Source: Chloroflexota bacterium
GTDB lineage: Bacteria; Chloroflexota; Limnocylindria; Limnocylindrales; CSP1-4
Assembly (NCBI GenBank): GCA_021802825.1
Contig: JAJZRG010000008.1
Span: forward strand, 16,715-80,714
Length of the DNA: 64,000 nt
Reading direction: 5' to 3'
Below the pieces are notes generated by a model. The model ran no database searches. It was not told where the DNA came from and saw only the letters and a list, made by a program, of their open reading frames with translations. The position numbers were made by a program, and so were the translations under genes. Positions 26,975 through 35,539 of this stretch are shown piece after piece; within the stretch, counting starts at the first letter, position 1; the number at the start of each line of letters is the position of its first letter.

Positions 26975-27505
26975 ATGACCGCAACTCCGCCTGACACCTT
27001 GCCCAATGGCGTCGATGCCGAGGCCGTCGTCGCCTACGCCGGCCGCCTTGCGCAGGCCGCTCCCCCCGACGGGACCCCTTTCCGCGCCGACGTTCACTGG
27101 CAGGGCGGCTTCCGCAACGAGATCCGGGTCCGCGATCTCGCTCCCACCTACGCTGACGAGCCGGCCGCCCTGGGCGGGACCGACACAGCAGCCAACCCCG
27201 TCGAGCAGGTACTGGGCGCCCTCGGCTCGTGCCTGGCCATCGGCTACACAGCCGGTGCCACCGCGCGAGGCATCCGGATCGAGGACCTGCGCATCGAGCT
27301 CGCCGGAAACATCGACTTGCCAGTGTTCTTCGGGCTCAAGGAGGGCCACGCCGGCTACGAGGGGATCGACGTGAGGGTCCACCTCCGCACCGACGCCGAC
27401 AAGGCCGCCATCGCCGAGCTGCACCAGGCCGTGCTCCGGACGTCCCCCGTCGGGCACACGCTCGAGCGGCCGGCAGCGATCCGGGTGGAGCTCGTGGGCG
27501 CCTGA
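26975..27505 (+). CDS. OsmC/Ohr-family peroxiredoxin-like protein
   Basis: ATG 26975 (GAGAGGA Shine-Dalgarno) lies within ORF 26897..27505. OsmC pattern ([20 protein letters not shown] ... SPVGHTL). Confidence 0.8.
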   Translation: MTATPPDTLPNGVDAEAVVAYAGRLAQAAPPDGTPFRADVHWQGGFRNEIRVRDLAPTYADEPAALGGTDTAANPVEQVLGALGSCLAIGYTAGATARGIRIEDLRIELAGNIDLPVFFGLKEGHAGYEGIDVRVHLRTDADKAAIAELHQAVLRTSPVGHTLERPAAIRVELVGA

Positions 27506-27575
27506 CGCCTCGGGTCGCGGCGGGGAGCGCTATCGTGCACACGACCATCTCCGCCGCGACCGCACCGAGGCCCCG

Positions 27576-29228
27576 ATGAGCCAGCATCCCCGCGCCGGCC
27601 AGCCCGCCGCCGCGTCCGACCTCGTGGACATCCCGGCCCTGCTGCGGGCTTTCGAAGAGCTGCGTCCCGACCCCTCCGAACCCGCCCAGCGCGTGGCGTT
27701 CGGCACCTCGGGCCACCGCGGGTCCGCGTTCCGGCGGGCGTTCAACGAGCTCCACATCCTGGCCACCACTGAGGCGATCTGCCGCTACCGCGCGACGCGG
27801 GGCTACACCGGGCCGCTGTTTATCGGCCGCGACACCCACGCCCTCTCGGAGCCCGCGTGGCGGACCGCGCTCGAGGTGCTGGTCGCCAACGGCGTGGACG
27901 TGCGGGTCGATGCCGAGGACGGCTACACGCCCACCCCGGCCGTCTCGCACGCGATCCTCGTGGCGAACCGCGACCGCGGCGCCGGGCCGGCGGGCCTTGC
28001 CGACGGCATCGTCGTCACCCCGTCGCACAACCCGCCCGACGACGGTGGCTTCAAGTACAACCCGCCCAACGGCGGCCCGGCCGACACCGACGTGACCCGC
28101 TGGATCCAGGACGAGGCGAACCGGATCCTGGCGGCCTCGGGCTCGGACGGGCTCGACGGCGTGCGGCGCCTCCCCTTCGAGCGGGCGCGGGCGCAGGCGG
28201 TCGGCTACGACTTCCGCGGCACGTACGTGGAGGACCTGGCCAACGTCATCGACATGGCGGCGATCGCCGCGTCGGGCCTGCGGCTGGGCGTGGACCCGCT
28301 GGGTGGCGCCTCGGTGGCCTACTGGGGCCTGGTCGGCGAGCACTACGGCCTCGACCTCACGGTGACGAACGAGCGCGTCGATCCCGCGTTCGGCTTCATG
28401 ACCCTCGACTGGGACGGCAAGATCCGCATGGACCCGTCGTCGCCGTTCGCGATGGCGGGCCTGGTGGGGCTGCGCGACCGCTTCGACATGGCGATGGGCA
28501 ACGACGCGGACGCCGACCGCCACGGGATCGTGGTGCCCGGTGCCGGGCTGATGAACCCGAACCACGTGCTCGCGGCCGCGATCTCATACCTGTTCGGCGG
28601 CGGCCGGGACTGGGACGCCCGGGTGGCGGTCGGCAAGACGCTCGTCTCGTCCTCGATCATCGACCGGGTGGTGTCCTCGCTGGGCCGCCAGCTGGTCGAG
28701 GTCCCGGTGGGCTTCAAGTGGTTCGTCGACGGCCTCGGGGACGGGTCGATCGGGTTTGGCGGCGAGGAGAGCGCCGGCGCATCGTTCTTGCGTCGCGACG
28801 GCACGGTGTGGACCACCGACAAGGACGGGCTGATCGCGGACCTGCTGGCGGCCGAGCTGACCGCGAAGCTGGGCAAGAACCCGGCCGAGGTGTACGCGGA
28901 GCTCACAACGATGTTCGGGGCGCCCGCCTACCGCCGGGTTGACGCGCCCGCCACCCCCGAGGCCAAGGCCGCGCTTTCGCGCCTCTCGCCGTCGTCGATC
29001 ACCGCCGAGAAGCTCGCCGGCGACCCCATCACGGCCAAACTCACCCGCGCTCCGGGCAACGGCGCCCCGATCGGCGGCCTCAAGGTGACCACCGACTTCG
29101 GCTGGTTCGCGGCCCGGCCGTCGGGCACGGAGAACGTGACCAAGCTGTACGCCGAGTCCTTCATGGGCGAGGACCACCTGGCGCGCATCCTCGACGAGGC
29201 CCAGGCGATCATCGCGGCGGCCTCGTAG
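27576..29228 (+). CDS. pgm: Phosphoglucomutase, alpha-D-glucose phosphate-specific
   Basis: 550 aa. Active-site loop [15 protein letters not shown], metal loop [10 protein letters not shown] and sugar-binding GGEESAG. Confidence 0.92.
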   Translation: MSQHPRAGQPAAASDLVDIPALLRAFEELRPDPSEPAQRVAFGTSGHRGSAFRRAFNELHILATTEAICRYRATRGYTGPLFIGRDTHALSEPAWRTALEVLVANGVDVRVDAEDGYTPTPAVSHAILVANRDRGAGPAGLADGIVVTPSHNPPDDGGFKYNPPNGGPADTDVTRWIQDEANRILAASGSDGLDGVRRLPFERARAQAVGYDFRGTYVEDLANVIDMAAIAASGLRLGVDPLGGASVAYWGLVGEHYGLDLTVTNERVDPAFGFMTLDWDGKIRMDPSSPFAMAGLVGLRDRFDMAMGNDADADRHGIVVPGAGLMNPNHVLAAAISYLFGGGRDWDARVAVGKTLVSSSIIDRVVSSLGRQLVEVPVGFKWFVDGLGDGSIGFGGEESAGASFLRRDGTVWTTDKDGLIADLLAAELTAKLGKNPAEVYAELTTMFGAPAYRRVDAPATPEAKAALSRLSPSSITAEKLAGDPITAKLTRAPGNGAPIGGLKVTTDFGWFAARPSGTENVTKLYAESFMGEDHLARILDEAQAIIAAAS

Positions 29229-29264
29229 GGCCAGTCGCGGGTCGGCGCCTCGGGTCGCGCCTGG

Positions 29265-30584
29265 CTAGACGGACCCCTGCGCCGCGGCATTCGTTGGATT
29301 GGGCGCGGCCTCGGGCAGGCCGCGCAGGCCCGGGATCGGCGAGCGCACCAGCCACAGCACGCCCAGCGATCCCCCGATGGTCACGACGAACAGCGTCTCG
29401 CGGACGCCGATGACGCCCCCCAGCAGCCCGCCGAGGATCGCGCCCACCGGCCGGATCCCGTAGTTGACGAAGCGGAACGCGCCCATCGCCCGGGATCGGA
29501 TGGCGCCCGGCGTCCGGGCGGCGAGGACCGCCCCGACGTTGATGTCGAGGATCTGCACGCCGAGCCCGGCCAGGAACTCGACCGCGAACAGCATCGCGAT
29601 GACGGCCTCGGACGGACCGCTGACCAGCGGCACCAGGATGATCGGGACCGGGAACAGCACGCAGCCCAGCGTGAATGCCCCGCCCAGGCCGAGCCGCACG
29701 CCGACCCGGGAGGCGATGACCGCCCCGGCGACGCCGCCAATCGCCCCGGCGCCGAGGGCCGCCCCGAGCACGCCCGGGCTCACCCCCAAGATCGTCGTGA
29801 CGTACAGGATGAAGAGTGCCTGGAAGCAGAAGTTGAACAGGTTGATCGTCGCGACCGACAGCAGGATCGGGCGCATGATCGGGTCGCGGAAGATGAACAG
29901 CAGCCCGGTCGACAGCCGTGAGCGCAGCGACTCCTCGACGATCTCAACCGCCGGCTCGTCGGCGCGGATGCGCCCGAGGAACAGCGCTGACCCGACAAAG
30001 GACAGGGCGTCCGCGAGCAGCGCGATCGGCGCGCTCAGCAGCTGGACGAGGACACCCGCCAGGGCGGGGCCGCCCACGTGTGCGAGCGCGCGGCTCCCGG
30101 AGAACAGCGAGTTTGCCTGGACGAGCGCCTCGCGCCGGACCACTGCCACGAGCAGCGTGTTCCACGAGATGTCGAACACGACGGCCATCGAGCCGGTCAG
30201 GAATCCGACGACGTAGAGCTGGGGCATCGACAGGGCGTGCGCCAGGTAGGCGAGCGGGATGCTGGCGATCAGCGCCGCGCGGGCGATGTCCGCAGCGATC
30301 ATCAGGCGCCGGCGATGGCGAACCCGGTCCAGCCACACGCCGGCCGGCAGCGAGAACAGCAGGTGCGGCAGCAGGCCCACCGCGAGCAGCGTGCCCATCT
30401 GCGTCGCGTCGGCGCCGAGCACGAGCACCGCGACGAGCGGGAGCCCGAGCTGGGTGACTTGGTCGCCGAAGACCGAGATCGTCTGGCCGAGCCAGAAGCG
30501 CCTGAAGTCAAGCTCGTGGAGCAGGGGAGACACCATCCGCCCGGCGAGGCGGCGGACGAGGCCCGGGCGCGGCCGGCCGCTCAT
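29265..30584 (-). CDS. MFS transporter
   Basis: 439 aa, about 12 predicted hydrophobic helices, MFS-like loop motifs. Its ATGA overlaps the stop of the upstream regulator gene. Confidence 0.85.
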   Translation of the reverse strand: MSGRPRPGLVRRLAGRMVSPLLHELDFRRFWLGQTISVFGDQVTQLGLPLVAVLVLGADATQMGTLLAVGLLPHLLFSLPAGVWLDRVRHRRRLMIAADIARAALIASIPLAYLAHALSMPQLYVVGFLTGSMAVVFDISWNTLLVAVVRREALVQANSLFSGSRALAHVGGPALAGVLVQLLSAPIALLADALSFVGSALFLGRIRADEPAVEIVEESLRSRLSTGLLFIFRDPIMRPILLSVATINLFNFCFQALFILYVTTILGVSPGVLGAALGAGAIGGVAGAVIASRVGVRLGLGGAFTLGCVLFPVPIILVPLVSGPSEAVIAMLFAVEFLAGLGVQILDINVGAVLAARTPGAIRSRAMGAFRFVNYGIRPVGAILGGLLGGVIGVRETLFVVTIGGSLGVLWLVRSPIPGLRGLPEAAPNPTNAAAQGSV

Positions 30585-31171
30585 TGGAGGACCGGCAGCG
30601 GGAAGCCGTGCCAGATGATCACGACGGTTCGAGAGTCGGGGTCGGGGTCACCCTGGGCCGCTCCCGCGCGCTGCTGGTAGCGGGTGACGACGGCATTCAC
30701 CTCGGCCAGCGCGGCCTTGAGGTCCTCCGGGCTGGCGCGGAACGCGAGGTCGCCGAACCCGGCGGCCGCCCGCCACGACGCCGGCTCCTCGGCCTCGCCG
30801 CGGAGGTACGCCTCGAGCCTCTGGTCGTATGCATCGAAGATCCGGCGGCGGAGGAGGTCAGCGGCAGCGCTCGACGGGGGCGAATCGCCGAAACCCGAGG
30901 GCTCCCACGAGGTCACGTCGTGGCTGGCCTTCCAGGCGTGCTCGCGGCGGTCGCGGCCGGCCGCCTCGGCCGGCTCGATGAACCCCGCCCTGGCGAGCTG
31001 CCGGAGGTGGTAGCTGACCGCGTTCGGCCCTGCGCCCACCTGCTCGCCGAGCGCCGTCGCCGTCGCGGGGCCGCCGACGCGCAGCAAGCCGAGGAGCCGA
31101 AGTCGGAGTGGGTGGCCGAGCGCCCGGAGCCCGGCCAGATCCGTGACCTGCTTGACGCCTGCTTCGTGCAT
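30581..31171 (-). CDS. ArsR-family (winged HTH) transcriptional regulator
   Basis: LRALGHPLRLRLLGLL...ATALGEQVGAGPNAVSYHLRQLARAGFI. Start taken at MHEAG (31171); ATG 31192 is an alternative. Confidence 0.75.
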   Translation of the reverse strand: MHEAGVKQVTDLAGLRALGHPLRLRLLGLLRVGGPATATALGEQVGAGPNAVSYHLRQLARAGFIEPAEAAGRDRREHAWKASHDVTSWEPSGFGDSPPSSAAADLLRRRIFDAYDQRLEAYLRGEAEEPASWRAAAGFGDLAFRASPEDLKAALAEVNAVVTRYQQRAGAAQGDPDPDSRTVVIIWHGFPLPVLQ

Positions 31172-31234
31172 GGCGCGACAGTAGACCCGCAAGGAACATT
31201 GCGCAAGTGTTGTTGCGCATATGCCCGCTGCGCC

Positions 31235-33310
31235 CTACCTTTCGCCAGCCCCGCCGATCGCCCAGTCGAGGAACGCGAGGACGTCGGCGCGCTCGGCGAT
31301 GAGCTTGCTGACCGGCTTGCCGGCGCCGTGGCCGGCGTCTGTGTCCACCCGGATCAGCACGGGAGCGTCGCCCGCCTGGGCTGTCTGGAGCGCAGCGGCG
31401 AACTTGAGCGAGTGGCCTGGCACCACGCGGTCGTCGTGGTCGGCGGTGGTGACCAAGGTCGGCGGGTAGGCGGTGCCGGGGCGGATGGCGTGGAGCGGCG
31501 AGTACGCCCGCACCCAGCGGAACTGCTCGGGGTCGTCGGGGTCGCCGTAGTCGCTCGTCCAGCCCCAACCGATCGTGAACCGGTGGAAGCGGAGCATGTC
31601 CATCACGCCCACCTCGGGGACCGCCGCGCCCAGCAGCTCGGGGTGCTGGGTCAGCGTCGCCCCAACGAGGAGCCCGCCGTTCGAGCGGCCGGTGATCCCG
31701 GTCCGGGCCGGCCGCGTCCAGCCGCTGGTGGCGAGCCAGCGGAGGGCCGCCGCGAAGTCGTCGAACACGTTCTGCTTGTTGGCGAGGCGCCCTGCATCGT
31801 GCCAGGCCGTGCCGTACTCGGAGCCGCCGCGCAGCGACGCGACCGCGAGCAGGCCGCCCCGCTCCATCCAGGCCAGCCACTCGGGCTTGAACCGGGGTCC
31901 GACCGCGATGCTGAACCCGCCATAACCGTACAGCAGCGTCGGCACCTCGCCGTTGGGCTCGATGTCGCGCCGGTGGGCGAGGAACAGCGGGAAGCGGGTC
32001 CCGTCGGCCGAGACCGGGAACACCTCCTCGGTGACGAAGTCGTCGGGGTCCCACGGCAGGCCGGAATCGGGCAGGGCCTCGACGCTGCCGTCGGCGACCC
32101 GGACGGCCAGCACTCGCTTGGGCGCTGTGAACTGGTCCAGGGCGAGGTAGAGCGTCGCGTCCTCGCGTCGGCCGGCCATAGCGTCTGCGGTGCCGGCGCC
32201 CGGGAGCTCGACCTGCCCCACGGGCGTGCCGTCCAGCTCGAACAGGGCCAGGCGGCTGTGGGCGTCGTGGAGGGTGACGGCGGCGAACCGCCCGCCCACG
32301 AGCGTGACGCGCTCGAGAGCATCCGGGCCCTCGGCGATGACCTCGCGAAGCGTCACGGTCGGGTCGTCCGCGTCGATCGCGACGAGGCGTCGGTTGGGCG
32401 CGCCGAGGTTCGTTCGCAGGTACAGCGTTCGGCCGACGGTCGCCACCAGCTCGTACTCGGCGTCTGCGTCGCCAAGGAGCGGGCGCACGACGAGCGGGCC
32501 GCCGGCGAACTCGCGGAGGTCCGCCACGTGGATCCGGGTCTCGGGGTCGGTCCCGCGCCAGACCGTGATCACCAGCAGGTCGCCGTCCGCGGAGACCTCC
32601 GGCTCGAAGCCCCAGTCGTCGTGGTCGGGCCGCTCGTAGACGATGGGGTCGTCGGCGGGGTCCGACCCCAGGCGGTGGTAGCGCAGCTGCATCCCCAGGT
32701 TCGGGGCGTCGAAGGCGGCACCGGGCGCGGGCTCCGGGAAGCGGCCGTAGATGAACCCGGCCTCGTCGTGCGTCCAGGCCGCCCCGGAGAACTTGCTCCA
32801 CGGGATCCGATCGGGCAGCTCGGTCCCGTCGTCGGTGCGGATCACGCGCCAGGTCTGCCAGTCGGAGCCCGCCTCGGAGGTCGCGATCGCCACGAGTCGC
32901 CCGCTCTCCGAGACGGAGATCAAGTTGAGCGTCGTGGTGCCGGCGGTGTTAAGGGCGTTGGGGTCGAGCAGCACCCTGCCCTCGGCATCGGGCGCGTCGG
33001 CCGTCCAGAGCACGTCCTGGTTCTGGAGGCCCGTGTTCCGCAGCTGGAACCAGCGCTCCCCGCGACGCCAGGGGACGCCGCGGCGTGGGATGTCCCAAAG
33101 CTGCCCGAGCCGGGCCCGGATGGGGTCCCGGGTGGGGATCGCCGCCAGCAGCGACTCGGTCAGCAGGTTCTGGGCCTCGATCCAGCCGCGCGTCGCCGGC
33201 GCGTCGGTGTCCTCGAGCGGTCGGTACGGGTCCCGGATCAGCGCGCCGTGGTAGTCGTCAACCTGGTCGGAGGTCGGCGGCACGGGGTACGAGATCGGCA
33301 TGGTGGGCAT
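31235..33310 (-). CDS. Prolyl oligopeptidase (S9A family serine peptidase)
   Basis: 691 aa. N-terminal beta-propeller region and a C-terminal alpha/beta hydrolase domain with the GRSNGGLL nucleophile elbow plus downstream catalytic D/H segments (TADHDDRV, GHGAGKP). Confidence 0.9.
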   Translation of the reverse strand: MPTMPISYPVPPTSDQVDDYHGALIRDPYRPLEDTDAPATRGWIEAQNLLTESLLAAIPTRDPIRARLGQLWDIPRRGVPWRRGERWFQLRNTGLQNQDVLWTADAPDAEGRVLLDPNALNTAGTTTLNLISVSESGRLVAIATSEAGSDWQTWRVIRTDDGTELPDRIPWSKFSGAAWTHDEAGFIYGRFPEPAPGAAFDAPNLGMQLRYHRLGSDPADDPIVYERPDHDDWGFEPEVSADGDLLVITVWRGTDPETRIHVADLREFAGGPLVVRPLLGDADAEYELVATVGRTLYLRTNLGAPNRRLVAIDADDPTVTLREVIAEGPDALERVTLVGGRFAAVTLHDAHSRLALFELDGTPVGQVELPGAGTADAMAGRREDATLYLALDQFTAPKRVLAVRVADGSVEALPDSGLPWDPDDFVTEEVFPVSADGTRFPLFLAHRRDIEPNGEVPTLLYGYGGFSIAVGPRFKPEWLAWMERGGLLAVASLRGGSEYGTAWHDAGRLANKQNVFDDFAAALRWLATSGWTRPARTGITGRSNGGLLVGATLTQHPELLGAAVPEVGVMDMLRFHRFTIGWGWTSDYGDPDDPEQFRWVRAYSPLHAIRPGTAYPPTLVTTADHDDRVVPGHSLKFAAALQTAQAGDAPVLIRVDTDAGHGAGKPVSKLIAERADVLAFLDWAIGGAGER

Positions 33311-33418
33311 GCCAGCATGGTATCGGGCGGGGTCTGGCCGGGGCTCGGGACCGCCTGTGCCCGGCCCTCGGCTGCGGCCCGCGCCGGTTCGGCCCTCGGC
33401 TCCCTTCCCGTCGGCCGT

Positions 33419-34420
33419 CTATGCCCCGTCGGACGGAGCCGAGGTCTCGATCGTCGCGGGCGCTCCGTGGACCGCGGGGATCGTCCCGATCCGGCCGGCC
33501 TGATAGTCGCGGAAGGCCGTGACGACCTCCTCGCGCGTGTTCATCACGAACGGGCCCATCCAGGCGATGGGCTCGCGAATCGGCCGCCCGCCGAGGATCA
33601 AGACGTCGAACGTGGGCGCGCGCGACTCCTGGACCGCGTCGGCCGAGAAGGTCAGCGTGTTGCCGGGCCCGAAGACCGCGAGCTGGCCCATCCGCACCGG
33701 CCGACGCGCGGCGCCCACGGTGCCGTAACCCGCGAGGGCGTACCCGAGCGCGTTGAAATCGCTCCGCCAGGGCAGCACGAGCTCCGCGCCGGGCGACAGC
33801 GTGGCGTGGACGAGCGTGATGGGCGTGTAGGTAGAGCCGGGCCCCCTGTGGCCGGCGACCTCGCCCGCGATGACGCGCACGAGCGCGCCACCGTCGGGCG
33901 ATGACGCGAGCGCCACCTCGCCGGCGCGGATGTCCTGGTAGCGCGGCGCGGCGAGCTTCTGGTCGCGCGGCAGGTTGACCCACAGCTGGAAGCCGTGGAA
34001 CAGGCCGCCCTGCGCGACGAGCCACTCCGGGGGCTTCTCGATGTGCAGGATCCCCGCGCCCGCGGTCATCCACTGGGTGTCGCCATTGGTGATCACGCCG
34101 CCGCCGCCGTTGGAATCGGCGTGCTCGAACACGCCATCGAGCATGTAGGTCACGGTCTCGAAGCCGCGGTGGGGGTGCCACGGCGTGCCCTTCGCCTCGC
34201 CGGGCGCGTACTCGACCTCGCCCATCTGGTCGAGGTGGATGAACGGGTCGAGGCTCTCAAGCAGGGCGCCGGCGAAGGCGCGACGGACGGGGAAGCCCTC
34301 GCCCTCGAAGCTCGACGGGGCCGTGCTCAGGTCCACGACGGCGCGGTGCCTCGCGGCCATGGGATCGGGCGCGGGGATGCGCGGGAGGACGGTGATGTCG
34401 TCAACGCTGACGGCCGGCAT
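33419..34420 (-). CDS. Pirin-family bicupin protein
   Basis: 333 aa with the metal-binding cupin motif (PWHPHRGFETVTY ... WMTAGAGILHIE). Confidence 0.88.
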   Translation of the reverse strand: MPAVSVDDITVLPRIPAPDPMAARHRAVVDLSTAPSSFEGEGFPVRRAFAGALLESLDPFIHLDQMGEVEYAPGEAKGTPWHPHRGFETVTYMLDGVFEHADSNGGGGVITNGDTQWMTAGAGILHIEKPPEWLVAQGGLFHGFQLWVNLPRDQKLAAPRYQDIRAGEVALASSPDGGALVRVIAGEVAGHRGPGSTYTPITLVHATLSPGAELVLPWRSDFNALGYALAGYGTVGAARRPVRMGQLAVFGPGNTLTFSADAVQESRAPTFDVLILGGRPIREPIAWMGPFVMNTREEVVTAFRDYQAGRIGTIPAVHGAPATIETSAPSDGA

Positions 34421-34714
34421 GGCGGGGCGCTCCTGAGAGTTGTTGCTCGCGCAACTATCTCACCACGGACGCCGGTCGTCAAGGAGCGAAGTCGCCTGCG
34501 AGGCGACGGTTTCTCACCCCAGAGGCCGGTCCGTCGCCTGCCAGGCCACGGTTCGACGCGATGCGCCGACTGGCGGGCACGTTCGATGCCGAATGGTCGA
34601 CCGGGCGGCGACGAACCAACCCGAGCGGGCCGAATTCGTCGACTCCCGGGCGATTGACGGACCGGGAGGCGAAGGGCGAAGTCGGTGTGCAGGACCAGCC
34701 GGACGAGCCGGCGA

Positions 34715-35323
34715 CTACGGCCCGTACGTCGGCGTCTGCACCAGGCCGAGGTTCGAGATCGGCCAGTAGCGGAGCACGGCGCGGCCGATGACCGACGAGA
34801 CGGGGATGACCCCGAACACGCGGCTGTCCACGGAGACCTGCCGGTGGTCGCCCATGACGAACAGCTGGCCGTCGGGCACCACCCAGTGGCTCACGCCACC
34901 GGTGGCGTCGGTGGGCTCGATGTTCCCCGCGTCATTGCGGTAGAGGTAGGGCTCGTTGAGTTGCTTGCCGTTGACGAGCACCTGCCCGTCCCGGAGGTCC
35001 ACGGTGTCGCCCGCCACGCCGATCACGCGCTTGATGAACGGATCGCCCTGCTCGCCCGCGCCCTCGGGCGGCCGGAACACGATGACCTGGCCGCGCTGGT
35101 AGGGGCTCCACAGGTGCGAGAGCCGGTCGATCAGGACGTACTGGTCGGGCTCGAAGGTGCGCTCCATCGAGGACATCTGGACCCGGAACGGCTGGGCGAC
35201 GAAGTTCTGGATGACGAAGAAGATGACGAGGGTGAGGACGAGCGTCTCGAGGATCTCGAGCGCGCAGCCGACGGCTGTCCGCCCGCGGTCGGGCGCGTGC
35301 TGTTCGTCATCCGGCGCCGTCAT
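34715..35323 (-). CDS. lepB: Signal peptidase I
   Basis: Only the last 202 codons of the 1214-aa track ORF 34715..38359 are real. Start at MTAPDDEQ (35323). Catalytic Ser box SSMERTF, Lys box KRVIGVAGD, and GDHRQVSVDSR. Confidence 0.85.
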   Translation of the reverse strand: MTAPDDEQHAPDRGRTAVGCALEILETLVLTLVIFFVIQNFVAQPFRVQMSSMERTFEPDQYVLIDRLSHLWSPYQRGQVIVFRPPEGAGEQGDPFIKRVIGVAGDTVDLRDGQVLVNGKQLNEPYLYRNDAGNIEPTDATGGVSHWVVPDGQLFVMGDHRQVSVDSRVFGVIPVSSVIGRAVLRYWPISNLGLVQTPTYGP

Positions 35324-35539
35324 GAGTCCCCTTGCTGGCTTCGAGGGCGCCGTCCGCGCTGCCGAAATGGTCAGCGGGATCGCGCCAGCGGTCAAGCGCG
35401 GGCCCCGCCGGGGTGCCTGGGCCTGCAGGGCTGCCTGGGCCCGCTGGACTCCCGAGAGTCGGTACGCTTGTCCCCCGAGCCGAAGGAGGACCCGCCGATC
35501 ACCGCCACGCTGCCGGGGCGCGCCGCCGACGCGGCTGAC

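Noticed and set aside
30584-33904. 1106-aa plus-strand ORF
   Set aside because: It is antisense to the ArsR regulator, prolyl oligopeptidase and pirin genes, all of which have clear family motifs. Its translation is Arg/Gly/Asp/Pro-rich nonsense.
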